64,000 nucleotides of DNA from Candidatus Buchananbacteria bacterium (GTDB taxonomy: Bacteria > Patescibacteriota > Patescibacteriia > Buchananbacterales > UBA6539). Numbering within the stretch: the stretch's first letter is position 1; every line of letters begins with the position of its first letter. The DNA lies in NCBI GenBank assembly GCA_041664165.1, contig JBAYLH010000006.1, positions 143 through 64,142 on the forward strand. The letters run 5' to 3'. The notes below the pieces were generated by a model. It was given only the letters and a program-made list of their open reading frames with translations, did not search any database and had not been told where the DNA came from. Shown here piece after piece: positions 1 through 8,826 of this stretch. The position numbers and the translations under genes are program-made.

Positions 1-56
<56 letters not shown>

Positions 57-818
57 AGACTCGTGCTGTCTATAAATTCGGCTATATGCTGGAAAATCTG
101 GAAAGCCTCAAAGGAGTGAGGCTTGAGAATCTCACACTACTTAGCTATAATAATTATAGCTAAGTAAAAAAGTGTATGAGTGCAGACAATCAGCAGGAAA
201 GGCCAAATAATCTAAGTCCATGGTATATTACCGGTTTTACTGAAGGTGAAGGAACTTTTCACGTCGCAATTTACAAAGATTTAAAAATGAAATTTGGTTT
301 GAAATTCATTCCCGAGTTTCATATTAATCAAAGTTTTTTGCGGCAGGAAACCCTATTAGAGATCAAAAAGTATTTTGGTTGTGGCTATATAAAAAGTAAC
401 CACAGGCAAAATATTAGAGACGACACTTTGGTTTATGTTGTCAGAAATAGAATTGATCTTATTAGTAGGATAATTCCATTTTTTGAAAAGTATCCATTGC
501 TTTCAGACAAAAACAGTTCATTTGTTCTATTCAAACAAATAGTTAATCTGTTAAATAGTAAAGAACATTCGACCCTGGCCGGTAGTAAAAAGATACTTAA
601 TTTAGCCTATCAAATGAATCAGCAGGGTAAGTATCGAAAAATTGATCAAAAGTTATTGTTAGATTATTTGGAATCCTCAGAGACTATACGCCGAAATCCC
701 GCATAATCGGGATAAGATATAGTCCGAACTGCATGGCGACATGCAGATTCTGATAGAAATGTCAGAGCGCCACAGAGCATTAGAAGTTAAGGATGTGGTT
801 TTGCAAAGTAACAAATTG
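57..818 (+). mobile_element. Group I intron in 23S rRNA
   Basis: Exon GACAGT pairs with GCTGTC (P1, U-G at the splice site). Core motifs are present: P ATGCTGGAAA, Q AATCAGCAGG, R TCAGAGACTATA, S AAGATATAGTCC. Terminal G at 818; the exon resumes TCGGTC. Confidence 0.93.
176..706 (+). CDS. Single-motif LAGLIDADG homing endonuclease
   Basis: WYITGFTEGEGTF motif, FGCG and IIPFFEKYPL blocks; lies inside the intron. Confidence 0.93.
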   Translation: MSADNQQERPNNLSPWYITGFTEGEGTFHVAIYKDLKMKFGLKFIPEFHINQSFLRQETLLEIKKYFGCGYIKSNHRQNIRDDTLVYVVRNRIDLISRIIPFFEKYPLLSDKNSSFVLFKQIVNLLNSKEHSTLAGSKKILNLAYQMNQQGKYRKIDQKLLLDYLESSETIRRNPA

Positions 819-1100
819 TCGGTCTCCTATCCACTGTGGGCGTAGAAATTTGAGGGGGCCCATCTCTAGTACGAGAGGACCGAGATGGACGAATCTCTAG
901 TGTGCCAGCTGTCCTACCAGGGGCAGAGCTGGGTAGCTACATTCGGTTTGGATAAGCGCTGAAAGCATCTAAGTGCGAAGCCGTCCCCAAGATTAGATTT
1001 CGATATTAGGTTCCCGGAAGATTACCGGGTTGATAGGTGGCAGGTGTAAGAGCAGTAATGCTTTGAGCCGAGCCATACTAATTACCGATCTATTTAACCA
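819..1100 (+). rRNA. rrl: 23S rRNA, 3' exon (end approximate)
   Basis: Sarcin-ricin loop AGTACGAGAGGACC; GCTGAAAGCATCTAAG; GTTGATAGG. Confidence 0.95.
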
Positions 1101-1189
1101 CAAGAATTGGGATAAAGCGTAGAAACGCTACTTGCAATTATAATAAAAATTTTCAGAAGAAGCTTTGCCCAAAGTTTGGGCGAAGTGCT

Positions 1190-1297
1190 TCTGGTGGTTT
1201 TAGCGACAGGGAAACACCTGTTCCCATCCCGAACACAGAAGTTAAGCCTGCCAGCGCCGATGATACTCTTTCAAGGGGAAAGTAGGTCACTGCCAGT
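1190..1297 (+). rRNA. rrf: 5S rRNA
   Basis: CCCATCCCGAACAC and GAAGTTAAGC motifs; terminal CTGGTGG/CTGCCAG stem. Confidence 0.95.
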
Positions 1298-1305
1298 TTA
1301 ACATT

Positions 1306-1334
1306 AAGCTCCACTTTACTAAGTGGAGCTTTTT
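1306..1334 (+). terminator. Intrinsic terminator of the rRNA operon
   Basis: AAGCTCCACTT-tact-AAGTGGAGCTT followed by a T run. Confidence 0.8.
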
Positions 1335-1359
1335 GATTTATGGTATAATATTAAAAAAT

Positions 1360-2094
1360 ATGAAGATTATTGTCACCAAAGATTATAATGACCTTTCCGC
1401 TCAAGTGGCTGATTTGGTTATTAAGCAAATTAAGTTAAAGCCCGATTCAGTTTTGGGTCTGCCGACCGGTGGTACGCCGTTAGGGCTATATCATAATTTG
1501 ATCAAAGCTTATCAACAGGGGATTATTAGTTTCAGCCGGGTGACGACTTTTAATCTTGATGAATATTTAGGTCTGGGTTGCGGTGACAAACAAAGTTATT
1601 GCTATTTTATGTGGCATAATTTGTTTAAGGAAATTGATATTAAAAAAGAAAACGTTTTTATTCCTAACGGCTTAGTCGCCAAAGTTAAGGCCGGTAATTA
1701 CTGCCGGCAATATGAAGAGGAAATCATCAATCGAGGCGGGCTTGATTTACAAATTTTAGGCATCGGCCAAAACGGCCACTTAGGTTTTAATGAGCCGGGT
1801 TCGGCAATTGAATCCGAAATGAGAATTGTTAATTTAAGCGATAATACCATTGAGGCTAACTCTCGATTTTTTAGTAACCCTAAAATAGTTCCGACCAAAG
1901 CCATTACTTTAGGATTAGAAGCCATAATGGCAGCCAAAAAAATCATCGTTTTAGCCGCCGGCCAGCCAAAGGCCGAAGCTATCGCCAAAGCAATTTCCGG
2001 TCCGGTCAGCCAGGAATTACCGGCGTCGGTTTTACAGCAGCATAATAATGTGACTTTTGTTTTAGATCGGCCAGCGGCCAGCCAGCTTAACTAA
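1360..2094 (+). CDS. nagB: Glucosamine-6-phosphate deaminase
   Basis: LGLPTGGTP, TFNLDEY, GIGQNGHLGFNEPG, PASVLQQH; ATG at 1360 preferred. Confidence 0.95.
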   Translation: MKIIVTKDYNDLSAQVADLVIKQIKLKPDSVLGLPTGGTPLGLYHNLIKAYQQGIISFSRVTTFNLDEYLGLGCGDKQSYCYFMWHNLFKEIDIKKENVFIPNGLVAKVKAGNYCRQYEEEIINRGGLDLQILGIGQNGHLGFNEPGSAIESEMRIVNLSDNTIEANSRFFSNPKIVPTKAITLGLEAIMAAKKIIVLAAGQPKAEAIAKAISGPVSQELPASVLQQHNNVTFVLDRPAASQLN

Positions 2095-2155
2095 AATTTT
2101 AGACTTAGCCAAGCCTTTGTCAGAAGGTTTTTTATTTATCCACAGATTATTAGTC

Positions 2156-2193
2156 TTGACCTAGTATTTTGTATGATATAGTATGATACTATA
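2156..2193 (+). promoter_or_regulatory. Sigma70-type promoter with an overlapping perfect palindrome (candidate operator)
   Basis: TTGACC at 2156; TATAGTAT-G-ATACTATA at 2177-2193 covers the -10 region. Confidence 0.6.
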
Positions 2194-2249
2194 GTAAGTA
2201 GCTTGCAGCTGGCAGGAAATAGGAACTTTACAAGCTATAAACCAACTCT

Positions 2250-3083
2250 ATGGACAGATCAAGACTGACAATTACGCTAAAAAAAGAGATTTTAAAGCAA
2301 CTTGATGAATATATTGATGGCGCCCGGATTCGAAACCGGTCTCACGCCATTGAGTATGTTTTAGTTAAGCAGTTTGCGCCGAAAATAAAAAAGGCCGTGA
2401 TTTTAGCCGGCGGCATCGGTTTGAAGATGCGGCCGTTTACTTATGAAATGCCGAAAGCCATGATTTTAGTTGCCGGTCGGCCGGTTTTGGAATATATCAT
2501 TGAAAATTTGCGCCGGTATGATGTGCGCGATTTGATTATTTCCATCGGTCATCAGGGAGCGAAAATTAAACAGCATTTCGGCGACGGTTCAAAATTCGGC
2601 GTCAAAATTACTTATGTCGAGCAAGGCAAATCCCAAGTCGGCACGGTGGCACCGCTTTTGCAGATTAAGAAAACGATCGGCGATAATCCTTTTATTGTTT
2701 ATTACGGTGATGTTTTGGCTAATATTGATTTTGACGACATGATTGATTTTCATTTCGGCAGTAGCGGGTTAGTGACGATGGCCTTAACTTCGGTCAATAA
2801 ATCATCGGATTGGGGAGTGGTGCGGGTTCAAGGCAGCCGGGTTTATTCATTTTTAGAAAAGCCCGATGCCAGAAAGGATTTATCCAATGTGATTAATGCC
2901 GGGATTTATATTTTTGAACCAAAGATTTTTGATTACCTTAATCCCGACTGCAAGAGATTGGAAAAAGATGTTTTTCCTAAGCTAGTTGAAGAACGGAAAA
3001 TTTTTGGCTATCTTTTTGCCGGCCAGTGGTTTGACGTGGGCAACCCCGAAATTTATAAATTAGCAGTCAAAGAATGGCGCTAA
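2250..3083 (+). CDS. Ribbon-helix-helix domain fused to a sugar-phosphate nucleotidyltransferase domain
   Basis: N-terminal RLTITL...LDEYI...NRSHAIE (CopG/NikR-like); AVILAGG, PKAMI, YGD, FLEKP, INAGIY, WFDVG. Confidence 0.85.
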   Translation: MDRSRLTITLKKEILKQLDEYIDGARIRNRSHAIEYVLVKQFAPKIKKAVILAGGIGLKMRPFTYEMPKAMILVAGRPVLEYIIENLRRYDVRDLIISIGHQGAKIKQHFGDGSKFGVKITYVEQGKSQVGTVAPLLQIKKTIGDNPFIVYYGDVLANIDFDDMIDFHFGSSGLVTMALTSVNKSSDWGVVRVQGSRVYSFLEKPDARKDLSNVINAGIYIFEPKIFDYLNPDCKRLEKDVFPKLVEERKIFGYLFAGQWFDVGNPEIYKLAVKEWR

Positions 3084-3154
3084 TCGCTAGCAATAAAAGA
3101 GTGAGAGTCTTTTTTTATTACTTACATTAATCAGATTTAAACTAACTCAATATT

Positions 3155-4162
3155 ATGCCAATAAAAATTGCCATTAATGGTTTTGGCCGCATGGGTCGGC
3201 TCATTTTTCGAAAGATGTTTGACGACCCGGCCGTTCAAATTGTCGCAATTAATAGTCCTTCCAGTGTTGCCTTTTATGCCCATTTGCTTAAATATGATTC
3301 CTGCTACGGGATTTGGGATAAGGACGTCAGCGCTGAAGAGACAAAATTATTAGTTGATGGAAAATCAATTCCTTTGTATTGCCACCTGACGCCGCTGAAT
3401 TGCCCCTGGCGAGAGCTGGAAGTTGACATTGTCATTGAATCAACCGGCGTTTTTCGAAGCCGAGCCGATTCGGAATTGCACCTTAAAGCCGGCGCCAAGC
3501 GCATTATCATTACAGCGCCGGCCAAAGACGAGGATATCACACTGGTGCCGGGCGTCAATTTGGACGCTTTTGATCCGGCCAGTCATGTTATAATTTCTTC
3601 CGCTTCCTGCACTTCAAATTGCCTGGCGCCGATAATCAAAACCATCCAGCCGGCCTTGAAAATCAAGCACGGCTATATGGTTACGGTGCACGCCTATACT
3701 AATGATCAGCATCTAGTCGATGCGCCGCACAAAAAAGAAGATTTTCGGCGGGCGCGGGCGGCGACCGAATCCATTATTCCAACCGACACCGGCGCGACCA
3801 AAACGATCGGCAAGCTGATTCCGGAATTAGCCGGCCGGCTTTCTGGCATCGCCATGCGCGTACCGGTAGTTTTGCCTTCGGTGATCAATTTGGCTTTGGA
3901 AGTAGAAAAATCGACCACCGCCGAAGCGGTCAATAAAATCTTAAAAGACGCGGCCATGGGCGAACTTAAAGGCATTATGGATTTTTCCACGCTGCCGCTA
4001 GTATCGGTTGACTATCGCGGCAATCCCTGCGCTTCCATCATTGACGGCCTGCTGACGGAAGTGGTGGACGAAACCATGGTCAATATTGTTTCCTGGTATG
4101 ACAATGAATGGGGTTACATCAATCAGCTATCGCGGGTGATTAAGCATGTTGGTAAAAATTAA
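3155..4162 (+). CDS. gap: Glyceraldehyde-3-phosphate dehydrogenase type I
   Basis: INGFGRMGR, SASCTSNCLAP, WYDNEWGY. Confidence 0.97.
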   Translation: MPIKIAINGFGRMGRLIFRKMFDDPAVQIVAINSPSSVAFYAHLLKYDSCYGIWDKDVSAEETKLLVDGKSIPLYCHLTPLNCPWRELEVDIVIESTGVFRSRADSELHLKAGAKRIIITAPAKDEDITLVPGVNLDAFDPASHVIISSASCTSNCLAPIIKTIQPALKIKHGYMVTVHAYTNDQHLVDAPHKKEDFRRARAATESIIPTDTGATKTIGKLIPELAGRLSGIAMRVPVVLPSVINLALEVEKSTTAEAVNKILKDAAMGELKGIMDFSTLPLVSVDYRGNPCASIIDGLLTEVVDETMVNIVSWYDNEWGYINQLSRVIKHVGKN

Positions 4163-4303
4163 CCGGGTGGGCTATTTTTTAGGATAATTGGTAATTTTTT
4201 GAGCGGAACAATAATTCAAGTGATTAAATTGGGTATTTGACCAGTTCCAAATAAATAATTTTGTCACTTAGAATTGTTCGTCCTAACTTGGGAGGTTACC
4301 ATC

Positions 4304-5080
4304 ATGAATAGTGTGTTGTTCATTGATATTGGTTCTGATGTTCGCGATAAAACTAACAAAATAGTTGCCGGACTGCGCGCCCGCGGTATTTCGGTTTGCC
4401 ACCCTGAAAATAGCAAAGCCCTAGCTCCATCAGTAGCCCTCGGTCAGCAGTCTTTGGGCCAGCAGTTTGATGCTGTGGTTCATTTTGATCTTGGCATACC
4501 GCACCGCTTTACTTCGGTTCTGGAAGCTTACGAATTGACCGGTGTGCGGGTAATGAACCGGTACAATATTGCAAGTATGTTGTATAATCGGATTGGTTTG
4601 TGTATATTCTTACAGCAATACGCGATCAGGCAGCCGCGTTGGTATTACGGTTATCCTGGTGGTATTCCGGCCGATTTTGGACAGCAGGTTGTCCATAAAT
4701 CAGTTGATGGTCATCTTGTCCATCTGGTTGAACGCGGTCGAATCCATTCTTCAGATGAATTGGGTTTTTACCAGGAGCTGATACCAAACCATTCTGGTAT
4801 TACTCATACCGTCTATTGGATTTTCGGGCACTGTTTTACGGCGACCAAGTCGTGTGTTTTTACTTGCCCGGCAGAAGAGCGACGGCCCAAAGTCATGATC
4901 GACACAACTTTGGCATCGGAAATGGAAGTAGTTGATCAGATTTGGCGACAAAGTCAGCTCGACTTTTTCTGCGTTGAGTTTGTTGGTGACCATGTTATTG
5001 ATGTCAACCCTTATCCTAATCCGTTTTGTCATCCGGAAGCTGTCGGCTGGTTTGTCGATGGCATTAGCCAAGTTCTTTGA
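4304..5080 (+). CDS. Divergent ATP-grasp (RimK-like) protein
   Basis: GGAGG SD before ATG 4304; VRVMN, VVHK, YQELIP and IDVNPYP occur at ATP-grasp motif spacing. Confidence 0.55.
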   Translation: MNSVLFIDIGSDVRDKTNKIVAGLRARGISVCHPENSKALAPSVALGQQSLGQQFDAVVHFDLGIPHRFTSVLEAYELTGVRVMNRYNIASMLYNRIGLCIFLQQYAIRQPRWYYGYPGGIPADFGQQVVHKSVDGHLVHLVERGRIHSSDELGFYQELIPNHSGITHTVYWIFGHCFTATKSCVFTCPAEERRPKVMIDTTLASEMEVVDQIWRQSQLDFFCVEFVGDHVIDVNPYPNPFCHPEAVGWFVDGISQVL

Positions 5081-5145
5081 TGTGTCGGGATCAATTAGTT
5101 TTGGTCCCCCTTTTTTTAAAAAAATTACTGTGATAAAATTAAATT

Positions 5146-5739
5146 ATGATTGATGAAGCTATTAAAATCAAGCCAAGCACCAAAAAAGTTATTATTGGAT
5201 TGATAAGTCATTCAGATATTAGTGTTGACCGACTGCGCCATGAGATAAATCATATTTTTTGTGCTTTAACTTGGCTTTATAAATTAAACTCTAAGCCATC
5301 ATTAGCCTTAGAATTAGCAACGGCTCTTCATGATTGTGATCGGTTGTTTGATAAACGTCGTGCCCATCGTAAAAATTTTAAAAACTATATTGATTATAAA
5401 AAAAGCCATAGCAAGATTAGTGCTAAAATTGCGGGAGAAATTTTGATAGCCGTCGGCCAAAAATATCTTGTTAATCAGGTTAAAGATTTAATCATTGCTC
5501 ATGAATTTGGTGGTACCGTTTTGGCCAATAAGCTGAAAGTATGTGACAGCTTTGCTTTTTTTGATCAGAATTTATTAGATTATTATCGAGACGAAGGGAA
5601 TAGGGTGACTTTAGAAAAAATGGAATTTATGTACCAACGCTTAGATATTAAATCAAAAAAATTACTTTCGGCAAGTGCTTTAGATTTTAGATTAGTGCCT
5701 ACGTTAAATAATTATTTTTTGAAGATAAAAAATCAGTAG
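5146..5739 (+). CDS. HD-superfamily protein (DUF4202-like)
   Basis: H...ALHDCDR...H...HE...D pattern. Confidence 0.65.
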   Translation: MIDEAIKIKPSTKKVIIGLISHSDISVDRLRHEINHIFCALTWLYKLNSKPSLALELATALHDCDRLFDKRRAHRKNFKNYIDYKKSHSKISAKIAGEILIAVGQKYLVNQVKDLIIAHEFGGTVLANKLKVCDSFAFFDQNLLDYYRDEGNRVTLEKMEFMYQRLDIKSKKLLSASALDFRLVPTLNNYFLKIKNQ

Positions 5740-5817
5740 TAGTTGACAAAATATTACTAAAAAAATAGCTTTAATTAGCTATTTTTTTATTTTATCCACA
5801 ATTTTGTCGGAAAAAAA

Positions 5818-5981
5818 TTGACAAGTTTTAAAATCCATTATAAGATAGCTATTATTAATATCCCGGTAGTGATCCCACACTTAATAGAGGAGATTACTGC
5901 CGGATAAAGGTTAAAACATAGTTGATAAAATATTCGTCTTTCACTTTTAATAAAACAAGTGGGGGACTACTACCGGGTATG
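5818..5981 (+). promoter_or_regulatory. Promoter and structured 5' leader with alternative pairings
   Basis: TTGACA(5818)-17-TAAGAT(5841); segment 5858-5882 is complementary to both 5889-5906 and 5957-5980 (SD and start codon). Confidence 0.6.
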
Positions 5982-6719
5982 ATTGAAAAAATCCTCCAAA
6001 ATTTAGGCCTAACTGACAAGGAAATCAAGGTTTATTTGTCATCTCTGAAACTGGGGCCAACACCGGTACGAAAAATTGCCCTGGAAGCCGGGATTAACCG
6101 CGGCACGACTTATGATATTTTAAAGGCTTTAATCGAGCTGGGCTTGGTCAGTTATTACCATCAGGATAAAAAGCAATATTTTATTGCCGAAGATCCGGCT
6201 AAGCTAAAGGATGTTTTAGAAAAAAAACAACAAGACTTAGAAAAGATTAAGGGCGATGTTGATCAGATTATTCCTCAACTAAAATCAATTTATGACAATG
6301 CGGAAAATAAACCGGTGGTTAAATTTTATGAAGGGGACGCCGGCGTTAAAATAATTTTACAGGACGTCATTGCCTCCTGCCTTGCGGCGGAAAAGAAAGA
6401 ATATTATGTTTATTCGTCTTCAACCATTAAAAAATATATTTATGAATTGTTTCCAGATTTTACCGATCAGCGGATTAAGGCCAACGTCAATGTCAAAGTA
6501 ATTTCGGTCGGACCGGGCGGTGAAATCCGGGGTTTAGACGAAAGAAAATGGCTGACGACCAAAGAAAGCGCCCCGACTTATACTTTGATTTATGCCGGCA
6601 AAGTGGCGATGATTTCCGTTGACAGTAATGACCGGCCGATTGGCATCATTATTGAAGATAACAATCTTTATAAAACGCAATGGATACTCTTTAATTTTGC
6701 TTGGCAGAAACTAGAATAA
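5979..6719 (+). CDS. TrmB-family transcriptional regulator
   Basis: LQNLGLTDKEIKVY...INRGTTYDILKAL winged HTH; KPVVKFYEG. Confidence 0.9.
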   Translation: MIEKILQNLGLTDKEIKVYLSSLKLGPTPVRKIALEAGINRGTTYDILKALIELGLVSYYHQDKKQYFIAEDPAKLKDVLEKKQQDLEKIKGDVDQIIPQLKSIYDNAENKPVVKFYEGDAGVKIILQDVIASCLAAEKKEYYVYSSSTIKKYIYELFPDFTDQRIKANVNVKVISVGPGGEIRGLDERKWLTTKESAPTYTLIYAGKVAMISVDSNDRPIGIIIEDNNLYKTQWILFNFAWQKLE

Positions 6720-6726
6720 ATTATAA

Positions 6727-6860
6727 TTAAATTCTAAATCCGAAATTCTAAATCCGAAATAAATTCAAAATCACAATTTCCAAAACTTAAAACTTTTTTG
6801 AAAATTTGAATTTAGTTATTAAATATTGTTTAGAATTTCGAAATTAGAGCTTAGAAATTA
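6727..6860. repeat. Heptamer-periodic imperfect inverted repeat
   Basis: TAAATTC TAAATCC GAAATTC TAAATCC ... TTAGAAT TTCGAAA TTAGAGC TTAGAAA. Confidence 0.7.
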
Positions 6861-6866
6861 AAATAT

Positions 6867-8702
6867 ATGTGTGGGATAGTCGGTTACATCGGTTTAAAAC
6901 AAGCAAGCCCGATTTTAATTGACGGCTTGAAGCGGCTTGAATATCGCGGCTATGATTCGGCCGGCTTAGCGATTTGGGACGGTCAAAAAATCGGGCAAGT
7001 GAAATTAAAAGGCAAGATTTCGCAGTTAGCGGATTTAATCAAAGACCGGCAGCTTTCCGGCAGTATTGGCATTGCTCATACCCGCTGGGCGACTCACGGC
7101 ATTCCGTCGGAAGTTAACGCTCATCCGCATTTTGACTGCACTGGAAAAATTGCCATTGTTCATAATGGGATTATTGAAAATTTTTTGGCTTTGAGAAAAG
7201 TTTTGCAATCCGAAGGCCATAAATTTGTTTCGCAGACTGATTCGGAAGTCTTGGCTCATTTGATTGAGAAATATAAACCGGGCAAAACTTTGGAGCAAGC
7301 CGTGATTTTAGCTTTGAAACAGGTGGAAGGAACTTATGGTCTGGTGGTTTTTTGCGCCGATGAGCCGGATAAAATCGTGGCGGCGAAAAAAGGCAGTCCG
7401 CTGGTCGTTGGCGTTGGCCAGGGCGAATATCTAGTCGCTTCCGACGCTTCGGCGATAATTTCTTACACCAAACACGTGATTTACCTTGACGACAATGAAG
7501 TAATTACGATTACCGCTGGCAGCCATCAAGTTAATAACTTAATTAATAGTAATGGCATTGAAAAAAAGGTTGAAGAAATCAGTTGGAATCTAGAACAAAT
7601 TGAAAAAGGCGGTTTTGATACTTTCATGCTCAAAGAAATTTTTGAGCAGCCGGACAGTATTACTAATGCCTTGCGCGGCCGGGTTTTATTAGATGACGGA
7701 CAAGTTAAGATTAGGGGATTAGATGAAATTGAAAAAAGGCTGACATCAGTTTCGCGGGTCATTATTGTCGCTTGCGGCACTTCCTGGCACGCCGGCTTAG
7801 TCGGGGAATTTTTAATCGAAGACTTGGCTAAAATTCCGGTTGAAGTCGAATATGCCTCGGAATTTCGTTACCGCCATCCGGTCATTGGGCCGGACTGTCT
7901 CGTCATTGTTATTTCCCAATCGGGTGAAACCGCGGACACTTTGGCCGCTTTGGAATTAGCCAAGGAAAAGGGCGCAATTACTTTTGGTATCTGCAACGTC
8001 GTCGGTTCAACAATTGCCAGAAAAGTCGATGCGGGCTGTTTTTTGCATGCCGGGCCGGAAATCGGCGTGGCTTCAACCAAAGCTTTTACTTCACAGCTAA
8101 CCATTTTGAACTTACTGGCAGTTTATCTGGGTCGGCTCAGAAAAAATTTGTCAGCCGATAAAGCCAAAGAAATTTTAAAGGAACTTTTAGCCGTGCCGGC
8201 TCTGGTTAAAGAGTTGTTAGAGAAAAACGAGGAAATTAAAAGTTTAGCGAGTGAATTCAAACAAGCCACTAATTTTTTGTATTTAGGCCGCGGCTTAAAT
8301 TTCCCGGTGGCTTTGGAAGGCGCTTTGAAGCTGAAAGAAATTTCTTATATTCATGCCGAAGGCTATCCGGCCGCGGAAATGAAACACGGCCCGATTGCCT
8401 TGATTGATCAGCAGTTACCCGTATTATTTTTGGCTAATAAAGATTACACTTACGATAAAATTGTTTCTAATATTTTAGAAGTTAAGGCCCGGGGCGGCAG
8501 AGTAATTGCCATTGCTTCGGTTGGGGATGATGAGATTGCTAAAATCGTCGAACATGTGATCTACGTGCCAAAGGCTTTAGACTTTTTAACCCCGATTTTA
8601 AACACGATTCCGCTTCAGCTTTTGGCTTATCATATTGCGACTTTGAAAGGCTGCGACGTTGATAAGCCGAGAAATTTGGCTAAGAGTGTAACGGTTGAGT
8701 AA
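6867..8702 (+). CDS. glmS: Glutamine--fructose-6-phosphate aminotransferase
   Basis: MCGIVG, HTRWATHG, SQSGETADT, PRNLAKSVTVE. Confidence 0.98.
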   Translation: MCGIVGYIGLKQASPILIDGLKRLEYRGYDSAGLAIWDGQKIGQVKLKGKISQLADLIKDRQLSGSIGIAHTRWATHGIPSEVNAHPHFDCTGKIAIVHNGIIENFLALRKVLQSEGHKFVSQTDSEVLAHLIEKYKPGKTLEQAVILALKQVEGTYGLVVFCADEPDKIVAAKKGSPLVVGVGQGEYLVASDASAIISYTKHVIYLDDNEVITITAGSHQVNNLINSNGIEKKVEEISWNLEQIEKGGFDTFMLKEIFEQPDSITNALRGRVLLDDGQVKIRGLDEIEKRLTSVSRVIIVACGTSWHAGLVGEFLIEDLAKIPVEVEYASEFRYRHPVIGPDCLVIVISQSGETADTLAALELAKEKGAITFGICNVVGSTIARKVDAGCFLHAGPEIGVASTKAFTSQLTILNLLAVYLGRLRKNLSADKAKEILKELLAVPALVKELLEKNEEIKSLASEFKQATNFLYLGRGLNFPVALEGALKLKEISYIHAEGYPAAEMKHGPIALIDQQLPVLFLANKDYTYDKIVSNILEVKARGGRVIAIASVGDDEIAKIVEHVIYVPKALDFLTPILNTIPLQLLAYHIATLKGCDVDKPRNLAKSVTVE

Positions 8703-8712
8703 TTATTTTTTG

Positions 8713-8815
8713 TGTTATTCTGAAGGAGCTCCGATTTTATGTTGGGACGACTGAAGAATCCCTGCCTGCCGGCAGGCAGGTCAGAGATTCTTCAGCCTTC
8801 GGCCTCAGAATGACA
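8713..8815. repeat. REP-like palindromic element with a nested CCTGCCTGCCGGCAGGCAGG palindrome
   Basis: Ends TGTTATTCTGA...TCAGAATGACA; inner CTGAAGAATC/GATTCTTCAG stem; 20-bp palindrome at 8761-8780. Confidence 0.75.
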
Positions 8816-8826
8816 AATGAAAACAT

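Noticed and set aside
2136-5800. DnaA boxes TTATCCACA at 2136 and 5792 as oriC
   Set aside because: Isolated single boxes near promoters; no cluster, unwinding element or dnaA
6720-6866. glmS ribozyme
   Set aside because: AT-rich heptamer repeat without the conserved ribozyme core
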